In this document: positions 31,478 through 45,932 of the stretch, in pieces
How the letters are laid out: every line of letters begins with the position of its first letter
Numbering within the stretch: position 1 is the stretch's first letter
NCBI RefSeq assembly: GCF_009914755.1
Contig: NC_060942.1
DNA from: the human T2T-CHM13v2.0 reference genome, Homo sapiens
Strand: one strand, 5' to 3'
Length of the DNA: 64,000 bases
Made by a program: the position numbers and the translations under genes
Notes under the pieces: generated by a model
Told to the model about the DNA's origin: nothing
What the model saw: only the letters and a program-made list of their open reading frames with translations
Database searches by the model: none

Positions 31478-32886
31478 TTATTTGCATTTAGTGGAAAACT
31501 CAGATGAGTGGACTGGACACTCAACACCGACACAATGAAAATTTCAGTTTTAAAATGAATTAGTTGTCTGCATTGGCATTTCTTTCAGTTGATGAAATTC
31601 CAAGTTTTTTAATGAATTAAAGCTACATTTGCCTGAAGAAACCAGTGAAGCTACTGGCTAATTAGAAAATAATTATGTGCAAGGTAGGTTAAGAAGACAC
31701 TTATGCAATGATGTTGCTGTTTGAGCACCAATATTGTTTCTACCAAATTTGTGTCCTGTAGATAAGAGCATGCAGAAGGATTTCTATTCACCAAAAACAA
31801 CATAGAAGCATGGCAAATAATATGGTGAAATTTAATAGGGAATGCCCATGTCAGTGTATCCTGGAATTCCATAAAGAGTAGCATCACATAGAAAATGCAT
31901 GTGAACATATTCTCCATGGAGAGCCATGCCTCAAAAGAAAAATAGCAGCTATTCATCATGATGCAAGGCTTCAAAAATCATTAATGATCGTGAAAGTCGG
32001 CCAGCTGTCATGGACAACCTTCACACAATTGCTTATAATCTATTCCTATAATATACTTTTTCACATGTTGAATTTTCTTTTTAGCCTTTTTTTAGTTTTT
32101 ATCTTTTTTATTTTTCTTTTCTTAGTTTTTTTGTCCCACTATTTTAAATTGGCTACATTATATTTTATAACTCACTATGCTATGCATTTCATCTTTGCCT
32201 TATTTCTATACTGGATGCACAAATTGTGTAAAGACTTTTAGAGAGTTCTAATTTGTTTTATGCATTTTTTTGCATAATGTGGACTTTGTGTGTGAGCATT
32301 GTATATGTATGTATTAAGGCATTGAAACTTACTCAATAAATGAAGAAATGTCTTTGTACATCCGCATTTGTGACAGATAAACTTTTTGAGATCTCAACTC
32401 TTTGGATGATTGCATATGCAGTGGAGACCCATTGCAGTTTTTGATCAATCTTGTCAAAAAACAGGTTGTCCACCATGGTACTTCAGATATGACAAAGTTA
32501 TAAAGCTGGGTGCACACAATTGTCAACCACAGTGATATTTACACATTTTTCTTTTTGACCTATTTCTTTATGAATAGAGTTCAAAATAACAGTTATCTGC
32601 TCATAACTGTTATACCAGTGTGACTCATTAATATACCTAAGTGTTTATGCTTGCAGAGATACGTATGGTTATTATTGCCTGTTTTATTGTGTAAAGGGGA
32701 TTATGAAGTGTTCTGCCATGTCTTTATATGTTTGTTAAATAAATCTTTAAAAATGTAAATGTTTTTGAATAATTTTTAAAATAATTTTTTCCAGAATTAT
32801 ATTTTGGGGATTTTCATCTCTCAGGATTTCAACATTTGGGACTATGGCATTTGAGATTTTGTCCTTCAGGATTATAATTGGCTTTC
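31478..32886 (+). mobile_element. Ricksha-like MULE/MuDR DNA transposon (3' part)
   Basis: Transposase relics ELKLHLPEETSEA..ENNYVQGR (~31614) and TKNNIEAW (~31790, MULE catalytic Glu motif). Terminal repeat array of ggattt/gggact units at 32806-32886. Confidence 0.75.
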
Positions 32887-34825
32887 TTTTTAATGTTTCA
32901 ATACTGGTAGAGCAATATGTCTTCTAGTTCGTTTTATCTTTCCTAATTGCCTGGCAATGATTAGTCTTCAAAATTTATGATGTTTTCAACTATTTTTAAT
33001 TATATAATTTTCATGGTAATTTATTTAAATTTAGGAAAAATGCTTAAAATATTTCATCATTGAAATGAAAATATTATTATTTATGCATTTTTTCACCCTG
33101 TGAACATTTTCCTATGATTATGTATGTTGCCCATTTGTTTTGCTAACTTTATTTTTATTTACACTGTAGTTATTATTGTGAATGGGATTTTTATTATTGA
33201 CCTATGTTTATTATACATGAGAAGGTTATAGATTTAGAGCATTATATTTTGTAAAAATACTAATTACCGCATGTTTCCATGTTTATATTTTATTGATTTG
33301 CCATCATTTTAAAATACAGCCATGCCTCATTGTGTTCTGCTTCATTTTATTGCACTTTGCAGATAAGTGCATTTTTTACTAATTGAAGGTTTATAGCAAC
33401 CCTGGATACAGCATGTCTATGGGCAGCATTTTTCCAACAGCAGGTGCTCTCTCCACATCTCGGTATCACATTTTCCTAATTATCACAAGATTTTAATATT
33501 TTTACTATTATTTTATCTGTTATGCTGATCTGTGATCAATGATCACTGATGTTACTATTGTAATTATTTTGGGACCTAATGAACCATGCCCACATAACAT
33601 GGCAAACTTCAATGATAACTGTTGTTGTGTTCTGACTGCTCCACAGACCGACCATTTTCTGGTCTGTCTACCTCACCTCAAGCCTCCCTATTCCTTAAGA
33701 CACAACAATATTCTAGTTAAGCCAATTAGTAACTCTACAATGGCCTCTACGTATTCGAATGAAAGGAAGCAGGACTCTCACTTTAAATCAAATGCTAGAA
33801 ATGATTTGGGAGGAAGGCATTTTGAAAGCCAAAATAGGCTGTAAGCTAGACCTCTTGCACCAAACAGCTAACCAAGTTGTGAATGCAAAGGAAAACTTCA
33901 TGAAGAAAATGAAAAGTGCTACTTCAGTTAACACACAAAGAAAAAACCATCTTATTGCTGATATTGAAAGTTTTAATGGCTTGGTTAGAAAAATCAAACC
34001 AGACATAACATTCCTTCAAACCAATGCCTAATCCAGATCAAGGCTCTTTTGAAGTCTATGAAGGCTGAGAAAGGTCAGCAAACTGCAGAAGAAAAGTTTG
34101 CAGCTAGCAGAGGTTGGTTCATGCAGTTTAAGGAAAGGATGGGTAAGTGCAAAATGAAGCTACAAGCGTTGATATAGAAGCAGCAGCAAGTTATCCAGAA
34201 AATCTAGCTAAGAGCATTGATGAGCGTGGCTCCATAAAACAACAGGTTTTCAATGTGGACAAAACAGCTTTCTCTTGGAAAAGACACCACTAGGACTTTC
34301 ATAGATAGAACGGAGAAGTGAATGGCTGGCTTCAACGCTTCAAAGGCCAGGCTGACTCTTGTTAGGGGCTAATGCAGCTGGTGACTTTAAATGGAAGCCA
34401 ATACTCATTTACCATTCTAAAAATCATAAGGCCTTTAAGAATTTCCCAAATCTTCTCTGCCTATGCTCTATAAATGGAACAACAAAAGCTGGATGATACC
34501 ACATCTGTTTATAGCATGGTTTTCTGAATATTTTTAAGGCCATTGTTAAGACCTACTATTTAGAGGAAAAAAAAAGATTATTTACAAAATATTACTACTC
34601 ATTGGCAATGCATCATGTCATCCAAGAGCCCTAATGGAAATATACAAGAAGATTACTGTTGCCTTAATTCCTGCAAAAACAACAACCATCCTGTAGCCCA
34701 TGGATCAATGAGAAATTTCATCTTCCAAGTCTTATTATTTATGAAATACATTTTGTAAGGCTATAGCTGCGATTGATAGTGATCCCTCTGATGGGTCTTG
34801 GCAAAACAAATTGAAAACCTTCTAT

Positions 34826-35680
34826 AAAACCCAGACAAGTGGCCAAGAAACATATGAAAACAATGCTCAACATCACTGATCATCAGAAAAATGCAAATCA
34901 AAACCACGGTGAGATACCATCTCATACTAGTTAGAATGGCTTTTATTAAAAAGTCAAAACATAGCAGATGTTGGCAAGGCTGCAGAGAAAAGGGAATGAT
35001 TATACACTGTTGATGGGAATGTAAATTAGTTCAGCCACTGTGGAAAGCAGTTTGGAGGTTTCTCAAAGAGTTTAAAAAAGAACTACGATTCTGCCCAGCA
35101 ATCCCATTGCTGAGTATATACCCAAGGAAAAACAAATCATTATACCAAAAAGACACATGCATACATATGTTCACTGCAGTACTATTCACAATAGCAAAGA
35201 CATGAACTCAACCTAGGATTGGTCATATACACTATGGAACACTATGCAGCCATAAAAAAGAATGACATCATGTCCTTTGCAGCAACATGGATGCAGTGAC
35301 AGACCCATATCCCAAGCAAATTAATGCATAAACAGAAAACCAAATACTGTGTGTTCTCACTTATAAATGGGAGCTAAATATTGGGTACACATGGACATAA
35401 AGATGGTGACAATAAACACTAGGAATTTATTGAGGTGTGGGAGAGGAAGGGAGCCAAGGTTTGAAAAACTATTGATTGAGTAATATGCCCATTACCTGGG
35501 TGATGGGATCAATTTTACCCTAAACTTTGCATCACACAATACACCCATGTAACAAACCTGCACATCTACCCATTAAATCTAGACTAAAAGTTGGATTTTT
35601 TTAAAAAATGAAAATCTACACCATGAATCTAAACTAAAGTAGAACTTTTTTAAAAAAGGAAAAATATATCCTTAAAAAAA
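34826..35680 (+). mobile_element. L1PA15-17/L1PB-like 3' end inserted in Tigger1
   Basis: atgcaaatcaaaaccac and gttctcacttataaatgggagcta motifs, aacaaacctgcacat 3' end and A-tail. Tigger1 resumes at agagtttaccattctagatg. Confidence 0.85.
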
Positions 35681-36430
35681 AGAGTTTACCATTCTAGATG
35701 CCATATCAACATAAACAGGAGTTTGGAAGAAGCTGATTCCAACCCTCGTGTATGACTTTGAGAGGTCTAATATTTCAGTGGAGGAAGTAACTTCAGGTGT
35801 GGTGGAAGTAGCAAGAAAACTGGAATTAGAAGTTGAGACTAAAGATGTGATGGAACTACTGAGTCTTATGATAAAGATTTAATAGATGAAATGTTGCTTC
35901 TTATGGATAAGCAAAGAAAGTGATTACTTGAGAATAAATCTACCCCTGGTGAAGACACTGTAAACATTGTTGAAATTATAACTAAAAAATGATTATTACA
36001 TAAACTTAGTTGATAAAGCAGTAGCAGGGTTTCAGAGGATTGACTACAATTTTGAAAGAAGTCTTTTGTGGGTAAAATGCTATTAAACAGCATCACATGC
36101 TACAGAGGAATCTTTCGTGAAAGGAAGAGCCAAACAATGCAGCAAACTTCCTAGTTATCTTATGATAAGATATTGCCACAGCCACCCGAGCTTTCAGCAA
36201 CTACCACCCTGATTGGTCAGCAACCACCAACATTGAGGCAAGACCCTCAGCTAGCAAAAGGATTACAACTCTCTGGAGGCTCAGATGATTATCAGCATTA
36301 CTTAGCAATAAACAATTTTTAATTAAGGCATGCAAACTGCTTTTAGAAATAATGTCATTGCACACTTCAAAGACAGAAGTATAGTGTAAACAATACTTTT
36401 GTATGAACAGAAAAACCAAAAAAAACGTAA

Positions 36431-36763
<333 letters not shown>

Positions 36764-37744
36764 ACTGTAATGTATTTTTAATTAAGGTACATACATTGGT
36801 TTTCAAACCAAATTCTATTGCACACAATAGACTACAGGGTAGTGTAAACATGACTTTTATATGCACCAAGGAACCAACAACTTCCTGTGACTCTCTTTAC
36901 TGCAATATTCGCTTCATTGTGTTCAAACCCATAACATTTCCAAGGTACTCCTGTATGTGTTATATTTATTTTTTGTCATTCATATGTCTACTTGAATTGG
37001 TGAGAAATTTCATAACACCATTAAAGGTTTTACAAAGACCAGGAAACCTCCATCTTCCTCCTGCTCCTGTATCTGCATGCTTCTCACGGCTCAACATTAA
37101 GCCTTCTGCACTTTGGCCTGCACTCCCAGCTTGCTAAGAAAGTATTCCTCAATTCACATGTTAGTGGATTACTTTGTCAGAAAGACCTTTTTGGCACCAG
37201 TAAAAATTTTTATATATTTCTTATTTTGACCAGTTGACATTATAAGATATATTTAGTTAATTTTGTAGTTCTAAACCATTTCTATCATTCTTTATCTTAA
37301 AAGAATAAGTCCTATTTGTTTGGGTGTATTATTCATGTGATGTTTTACTTGATTCTATGTGTTAATGTTTTATTTACAACTTTGTATCAATATTTATAAG
37401 TAAAATATTCTCTATGTGCTCTCCTTGCCAGCACAGCACTGCTTTATAAATATATTGAGAAGCTATCTTTTTCCTGTGTGCTGTTGAACTACGCAAACAC
37501 CATGGGAGTTATCGATTTCATTTAATTTGCAAGAATTTACTCATAAAACCATCTGATTATGGCGAATTTCAGAGGAGAAGCTGTTTGAAAGAGTTATTTT
37601 TATTTTTAACAGATCTCGATCTACTTATATTTTCTATATATCTTTGATCCATTTTCCTTAAAATTCATGTCTTTTTGTGCATTTATTAGGAAGCTAATAT
37701 TTTGCTATCCATTCTTTATTAAAGAGTATTTACTTTGCTTTTTT

Positions 37745-38050
37745 AAATCAATAATTTATTGAACACAAGTCAAGTGCCAGTCACTCTGCTGAATGCCGAG
37801 CACTGAGTGCTGACTATGGAAAATAAGGTCTGTGCCTTCGTGGCATGTACATTGTAGACCATCAAGAAAAACGGGAAAAAGCAAATGCAGAGCAAAGGAA
37901 AGCCAGCAGTGATGGAGAATCATTGCAGAATGCTCTATTGGGAAGGACGGCCAGGGACACTTCTCCAATTAGGTGATATTTTACCCAACCACTAAGAATA
38001 GGTGAAGAAAAACATCAAAGGAAAAGGAATAATATGTACATTTTCAATGA
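37745..38050 (-). mobile_element. L2 3' end
   Basis: aataatttattgaacac..gtgccagtcactctgct and ggtctgtgccttcgtggcatgtacattgtag motifs. Confidence 0.6.
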
Positions 38051-38922
38051 AAAAGGTTGAGATTTTTATTAATCGAAGAAAATTCTAATCAATCCATAAA
38101 TAGTCTTGAGTGACAAGGACAATGTGAACAGCTCATCAATAAAGGGCCTCTGTTATTTGACTACCTCTTACACGTTGAACGTTCCAGGTTTCCTTAACCT
38201 CCAAGTCCCATAATCACACCTTTTAAACAAGACATGATTCATTCATACTCCAGTTCCAGAGTTAAAAGTATGTATTCAAGCATTTAGCTCCGTCTTACTG
38301 TCCTTCAGCTTTCCTGTGAATACCCCGACTATGATAAGTTTTAAACCATACTGGTTATAGCAGACCAAGTATTGCATTACTTTCCTCACTTTTTTATTCA
38401 ACTTACATTTCTCATGAGCAGACAGGATGAAGTCTCAGGAAACATACTACAGTGTCAATATACTGTTAGATGCACAGTGATACATGTTTCCATTGATGAT
38501 CTTACAGCTTAACATCATCATGCCGGTGCCCCTGCTGCTATTCTACCTTCATTACCTGGCCAGGCAATTAGTTCAAAGTAGACATTGAAAATTGAAACAC
38601 GACTGTTTTTAGAACACCTAATTTTCTCGTGAATTTCTACAATATCAATCAAATTCAATGCCTTAAGTAGTAAAAACTGCCAAACAAGATTACTTTTTCA
38701 TTGAAGCATTTTCTTAAAATACACATCTCTAGATGCCATGTTTTTTTCCCTTCTTACAATTAATTTATGTACATTGGGGATCTTTATGGTAGGGATTCTG
38801 TAGGCTTTTACATTATTTGAAATCCTTCAAACTCTTTCTGTACTGAATTTGTTCATATGGGTTTGTTCAATTTTCTGCTTTTTCTTCAGTGCTATTACAT
38901 TTGACACATGTTGAGAGAGCTA

Positions 38923-38928
<6 letters not shown>

Positions 38929-38964
<36 letters not shown>
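38929..38964. repeat. (TG)n microsatellite
   Basis: Read directly from the sequence. Confidence 0.95.
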
Positions 38965-38965
<1 letters not shown>

Positions 38966-41719
38966 ATTGAATGTAGTATCAGTGAGAAAAGGGCCTTAAG
39001 ACCATTTTTAGAAGCATCAACTCTTTTCTATAGAAAATAGATTCACAACCAACTTAGGACACACTAAACCATTATCCTTTATATTGTTCTTGGAGCTCAA
39101 GGCAAATTATACTTAGTGTGACGGTAAATGTTATCCCTCCTGATAAGCAATAATTTATTAATAAACCCAACAGGATTTTACCATCACAGGTGACTACGCT
39201 AATGAGTCAGGTAGCTAGTCATTAAATGTGAACACATTTTTCCACTTCTAATGAAATAGAAGGAGCAAGTGAAAACCAATGTAGCAATCACTGGGAAAAA
39301 GCACTGCCTTTATAAGCCTTTGATGTCAATTATGAAATACAAAAAAGGAGCAGGTGCAAAGAGTTGTTTTGCCCAGTTACTCATGCATATCCAGTGCTAT
39401 TCACACTTCCATTCACTCGATGGAGTTGTTGATTATTGCATTCTTGCTTGGATGGAAGGAACACGACAATCTCAGAACAGTGTCCTGGGAACAGAGACTA
39501 ACAGCAGGTGGAGGCAGCCAACTCCTGTCACATTGGATGTCATCAGTGCCAAAAATTTTAACAAAGAATTATTTGTGACTAATTTATTTTCTAGAGAGAC
39601 TCTTTTATTATCTTTTCTCTGTCTTGCAATGAAGTGCAAGTGTTTGAAGATGGCCTTGAGAACTGTTTGCAATTAATTAAAATATACTTTACTCCAGAGT
39701 GGTTTTTTTCTACCTGCTTGAAGCCAGATGTCATTATAAAAGAGCCACATGTGAGGAGCTGTGTTCCAGATTCAAAATCATCAAAAATCTATCTTCTCTG
39801 TTTACGTAAGAAATAAGAAGAGCTTTTTTCTTTAATAAATCAGAATTAAAGATACATTGTTACATTTATAGTTTGAGGAATTTTAAAATATTTGTGTCTG
39901 AGGTAGGAAAGTGTTTATGAAGTAGACAGATAGGTACTTTTAAAAGTAGGACTATATTTATAATAAAAGTATATATTTGTTTATAATAAAAGCCATCTTC
40001 TTTGAAAACTTAATTTTATTTCTGTTGAGGTTTATTCTATTAACTTCTTTGTCCATAAAAAGGATATGCTTATCATACTTGTACCTTATATTTCATTCTA
40101 TGGGAAAAGTCTATTAGGTGGAGCCAAGCATATTCGCACAACAAATGTAGTTATATAACTCTCCAACATATGGTTATTTTTTATCAAAATAAATTTGAAT
40201 TCAGGCAATTAAATATTTTTTAGTCTTCATTACTCACTGAAAAGTACGTTCACATTTTGCCATTATTTCTCACCTTTTCTCTTTATACTTTCCACTGTGT
40301 TCTTCGACATAGGGACGGTGAACTTGATAGAGATAGGAAGAAGATTTCTAAAGTTGTCATTCAGAGAGATGATGAATATACTCTTGAGTGACCGAATGTG
40401 GCTCAACTTTGGTTCAGAGCTACTTTACAATCTACCTGTATCATAAACAGAGGATTTTATCATCACATATAAAATACTGCCTTAACAAGGTTCACTTGGA
40501 ATAATTTACTCAAGAGATGGCGAGAGCTCAAGGCAGGGTCTTGGCTTCTGGGAAGGTGGAAAAGAGACAGTCGAGAAGGGATGTTGAGATGATCTGATAG
40601 ACTGAGCAAGTGGTTTACGATAATTATTATCTCATTGTTGGGTGACAGAGTGGATAAAAATGACACTTAGGAAATGTTAGACAAGAGGGAAATGCCCGTT
40701 GCAGGGATGGTGTGGAGAAGATGAGACAATTTTAAAACAGTGGACTCATTTTGGAACATATTTTTTCTATATCATAAGACAACCAAAGATGTCCAGCAGG
40801 AATTTACATTGCATATCACTTTTCTAGTTGTGTTTTTTTTATCAGATATTTTTCAGATTTTCTCCCTCCCCCTGCTCCTCTGAAAATGTCATCAGGACCC
40901 CCTGCTGATGGTCCTAGGAGAAAAGTATGGCAGCCATGTGTCCTCCAAGTCCCTGCTCTTCTCAAGGGGCTGCATCACAGCTCTGCTGCGAGGGCTGGTG
41001 CTTGTGCAGTCTGTATTCTGAAATGTCCTGTCTGGATGTTGGGGGTCATGTGTAGGCACTAGAGCTAGGCATTGAGAACAGTCGCCTTGCCACCCTGTAC
41101 CCCACAGCAGCCCAGTCAGCATCCTCCAACAAGTCCCTGACCTTCTAGTCTATAGAATCTGTGCCCATGGGGACCTCTTGTCGTGTGTGTAGTGACAAGT
41201 GCTATCTCTGTTCAGGGACCTCAATGTCCTCCCTTTCATCCTCCTGCACAACTTCTTCTACCCTCTCGTGCCAAGCTGGATATGTTAATTAGCAGTTGAT
41301 GGAGTTTGAGAGTCCCTTTTCTTTTCCAGAACAAAGCCTATGTTTCAAACTTTACTACTATTATTTATTAAAATTCAAGAAAATTATTTGTGAAATTTTA
41401 AGCTAATCACTGAATTTTATATGGGTTCCAGGGGATGCCCACTCATTGTCTGAGAAAAAGATTCTTGGAGGTAAATGCTGCTGAAGAACATGTTTACAGG
41501 GGAAAATAAAAGTATATATATGAAATTTATCTAATCATCATCCTTATTTTATACCAAGAAATATGGAATACATTGTCTATCTTAAGGACTTTAAACTGCA
41601 TTTGGGTTCGTAAGACTTAAAAAAAAACTGGATGGATGAGACCACAAGCTACTTCTTGCAGATGATACTATACAGCTGTAGACAATGAAGCATGTGCTAC
41701 AGATATTCAAGATGGAGGC

Positions 41720-42215
41720 TGCATTTCTTATTTCTGCTGTAAAAAATTAGCACAACTTTAGTGGCTAGAACAAAATGAATTTGTTATCTTATAATTCTGG
41801 AGGTCAGAAATGTGAAATCAGTTTTATTGGACTAATGTCAGGATGTTGGCAGGGCTGATTCCCTCTGGAAGCTCTAGGGAAAAATTCATTGCCTTGCCTT
41901 TTTCTAGCATCTAGAGGTTGCCCACATTCTTTGGCTCACGGTCTCGTCCTACAACTTCAAAACCAGATGCATAGCATAACTCTCTGTTCTCACTTCCGTT
42001 TTCATCCTAACATCTTCTCTTTCCAACTCTGCTTCTTCTGCCTTCTTTGCATAAGGAAACTTATGATAACAACAGACCCACACAAATAATCCAGGATAAT
42101 CACACTACCTCAAAATTATTCATTTCATCAACTGCAAAGTCCCATTTATCCTGTAAATAACATATTCATAGGTTCCAGGACATAGATAGCTTTACGTGGA
42201 GTGAGCATTACTCAC
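41720..42215 (-). mobile_element. MLT1C/D-like MaLR LTR
   Basis: ttctggaggtcagaa, gttggcagggctg, ctggaagctctaggga and ataatccaggataatc motifs. Confidence 0.75.
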
Positions 42216-42604
42216 CAAAGTCCAGATTCATGGACATTTTTAATATTTGAAAAAACATTTATTTTTCTTGCCAACTAGTAATTTTTACTTTTACTGTAAG
42301 TAATTTTAATGTTTGACATTAAAATTTGCCCAAGATAATTTTCAAGAAAATAGAATCAACCTATTTATATTTTTGGCTCATTTATCTATTATATTTGAAA
42401 TTTGATTTTTGATTAGTAGGTGCTCTATGCATTTTGAATTCTAACCCATAGTTTGTCATGTTGGTTGCAAATAACTTTCCCCACTCTGGTCTGTAAATTT
42501 ATAGTATCTTTGTACAGCATCTTTTTAAAAGTGTAATATGGTAAACTTTTTATGATTGTCACCCCCTCCTCAAATTTTAATAACTCATTTCAATATTTGA
42601 AACC

Positions 42605-42785
42605 TCACTTTTGGCTGCCACAGTGCTAGGGATTTCAAGCACATTATCCCTGTTTATCACTGTAGAAACTACGTGGAGCATATCCTATCCTCAGATGAGT
42701 CTCTGAATCACCCAGTGGTTACACAATTTGCTCAAGATCACAGAGGCAGGAAGTAAAGCAGTTGTGAATTAAGGCAGAATTCAGA
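42605..42785 (-). mobile_element. MIR
   Basis: cagatgag..ctgaatcac and aatttgctcaagatcacag core motifs. Confidence 0.55.
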
Positions 42786-44368
42786 AAATTAGTTGCTTAA
42801 CTAAGATGACTTTAGTTTATTAACTTTCTCATAATGAGAAGTCCATTAGAAGTCAGCTACAGCTGTATGAATCCACACAGGACCATGAACACAATGGCCC
42901 TTGGCTTTCCACTCTCAGCCTTGGGGTGGGGCTCAAACCTTCATGACTTGAGCGTGGCAGCTGCCCCTCCACTACTCTGTGCATGGGAACAAGACCTTTG
43001 AGTCAGCCTCTCCCTGAGTCAATAAATTTTCCCCAAATTCTTAAGCATTAATAAATTATTTCCATATGCCTTATTGGGAAGGAATGTTTTTATTGCTGCT
43101 GCTATTGCTGTTGGTTGGTTGATTTTTTTAAACTGGTACTTCGCTGTTACCAGTAACAGAAGAGTTTAGTAACACAAAGGAGGATATGGAACATGCAACA
43201 GCCTGAAAAAATCAATTCCAGATTTTTACAATTACAGAGATTTTGTTCCCTTACACTGTAAAGCTGAAGAGTTGATAAACCCCCTTTAATTTAAAACTTA
43301 GAAAATATTCATTGTCAAACTGATCAGAGTTGTAAGTTTACTTTCTCACACCTATGTAGTTTTGCACTTATTTCCAAATTTCTAATTTGCTTTTCCCAGT
43401 CATTTAATTGCTTCCAACCATACTACATCTGCATGTAATTAATATAAAAAATGAAGTTTGAAAAATTAAGTAAATTGAAATAAATTCGATACATTAAAGT
43501 CACCTTAACTCACCTCCACAGCCACAAAGCTTCTCTAGAGCTGTAAACAATTAAAAATTGCCTCTCACCACTCTATCATCTGTTCAGGAAATTATAGGTC
43601 AGGGTATCCTTTTGTTCTTTACATTAAAGTATCAGATTCCTTAGGGGTTCATTACTGTCCCATCTTTTTCCCTAGGTAATCTCCTAGGAATACATTCCCA
43701 CAATTAAATTCTAAGAATATGCTAATAGAATACTAATTCATTTGAAGCCTCTTCCTCTAACTTTCATGAGTCATACTTCCACCACCTCACTGATATGAAC
43801 ATTCAGATGTTTTATACGCTTACCCGATTTGTGAGGTCCAACTCTGAAATCCTGATGATACACCCCAAATGATGCTTCCAGTTTCCACGCACATTTTTTT
43901 CAAGTAAATATCCAGGTATGTTTACTGATACCTCCCTCTCCATCAATGGTCACATTTAATTCATCACCACCTTTATTTAATCCAGTCTACTGGGCAATAA
44001 CTTGAGGCTCTATGGCAAGACTGGTAAGGTTCCATACACTTGTGCTTCTTTCAAAACCTTTGTAAACTCTGCATTTCAGATACTGAGTTTTAGAGGCTTT
44101 AGCATATAGACACACACGTGCCCACAGATCTGCATGTGCACATGAGGACTCTCAAGCAGGGACCCTCATAATTCTTCAGAGTTTCCATGAGAACTACTGC
44201 CTTTGTGCTAAGTCCCACCTCATCTTTGCCAAACATGCTACAAAGTGGCTGTCACTCAAACAGTGGCTCTCTGCAAAGCCAGTGCAGTCAGCCTCAGACT
44301 CCTAAGGTCAGTGATTCCTGACCCAAAGCACGGGGAGAAGTTAGTGCACTTCTCTGAGGTCCATCCCT

Positions 44369-44850
44369 TGTTACCAAAACATCAGGGGTTTGGTCTAGGC
44401 CTTTCTGCTTCCCACACAGAAAGCCAATCACTGAGACAACCATTATTGCCAAGGAAGAAGACTTTAATCAGGTGCTGTAGCCAAGTAGATGGGAGATTAT
44501 CCTGAAATCCATCTCCCCGATGGACTAAAATTAGAGGTTTATGTAGCAGAAAATAACTACATGCAGGAAAACAGAAATTAGGAAGGGGTTAGGAGAAGGA
44601 GTTGGTCAACAGGAAGCAGATGATCACTTTGGCAGCCATGATGGGTGAGGGTTCTGACATCTCATTGTCCAAAGGCAGTGATCTGGTGAGTTTCCTTGCT
44701 ATTATCTGGGAGGGCTTCTGGTTGGTAACTTACCTGAGAAAGTAACTCAGATAAGACAAATGTAACTTTTAAAACTAGAAGGGTTAATTTCTATGCTTAT
44801 TCAAAAGACACTATAAACATCAGTTCTATGGGACAATTGGCTCTACTTCA
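44369..44850 (-). mobile_element. ERV1 solo LTR (MER66-like)
   Basis: TG...CA termini with a perfect 4-bp TSD CCCT (44365-44368 and 44851-44854). cagttctatgggacaattgg terminus. Confidence 0.8.
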
Positions 44851-45302
44851 CCCTCAACAAAGGCCTATCATGCTTGTGGCCTCAGCAGCTATATGATGTT
44901 TTTATAGAGATGAGTCTGATCTGTTGTGTGGCTTTTCTAGTTCTACCTGGGGGTGTCGGTGGATCCCAGGTTGCTCCTTATCTTGGAGAGGAAGAACAGC
45001 CTCATTATAAAAATATTAACTTACACTTTCCTCTGTTAACCTATTTTTAGTGTTTATGGTATACCTCAACATTACTTGAATAGATGATATAAATTAAGTT
45101 TTTATGTCATACTTTAAAGGGTAAATTATTCTAAAAATAAATACTAAAATTTTTATCTTTTACAAAAAAGTTACTATAAATACATTTAAAACTAGTTTAT
45201 TTAAAAATACAGTGAATGACTACTAGTGCTAAAATGTTTTCAATACATTAATTTTTCTTAGGAAATACCGGAATCTTTCTCATTTTTTTTTAGTAAATTA
45301 CA

Positions 45303-45364
45303 TGTCATACCATGAATTTGATATGTATTGTGTCATACCATGAATATTGATATGTATTGTCATG
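45303..45364. repeat. 28-bp tandem duplication
   Basis: tgtcataccatgaat(a)ttgatatgtattg at 45303 and 45331. Confidence 0.9.
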
Positions 45365-45887
45365 AAGCATATCTCAATGGCTCAAGAAAATGATTTAAAT
45401 CAGATAGAATTTATTTTTGTCTTTTTTAAGTGTCAATTAGTAGATATATACATAAATCTGTGAAAATAGATTTTGAAAGTCTAACATGACTTATATGTTT
45501 ATGAAGTAATATAATTCTGAACTGGTACTGAAATTTAAATTTCTCATATAATGCTAAACAGAATATGCATTCTTTTCTAGCTCCTTAAGGATTAGATTAG
45601 GAGAATCTTGCTTAAATTACCTTTCTCACACAGATCAGTAAACTATAATGTTAACTTCTGCAACATAAGCTTGGAAATTATAAGAAACTCATCACAAAGT
45701 TGTAAAAATTACAAGAAATAAAACCTTAAAAACTTCAAACACAGTACACTGTAGTAGGTCAATAAATGTTTCTGTTCATATTGACATGCCCAAAAAGGAA
45801 GAGGAAGAAGATAGCAATATCCTTGTGCTGTGCTTAAGTGAAGAAGCCTAAAAGTGGGTCACAGGAGCAAAGAATAAAAGAAATGAA

Positions 45888-45920
<33 letters not shown>
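45888..45920. repeat. (CA)n microsatellite
   Basis: Read directly from the sequence. Confidence 0.9.
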
Positions 45921-45932
45921 CATGCAAACCAC

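Noticed and set aside
33759-34031. CENP-B-like ORF as a domesticated TIGD gene
   Set aside because: The transposase is broken by stops, frameshifts and an L1 insertion.
39269-39676. 135-aa ORF (and similar 137-139-aa ORFs at 46917 and 51962)
   Set aside because: There is no recognisable domain, two of the three start at non-ATG codons, and the lengths are compatible with chance.
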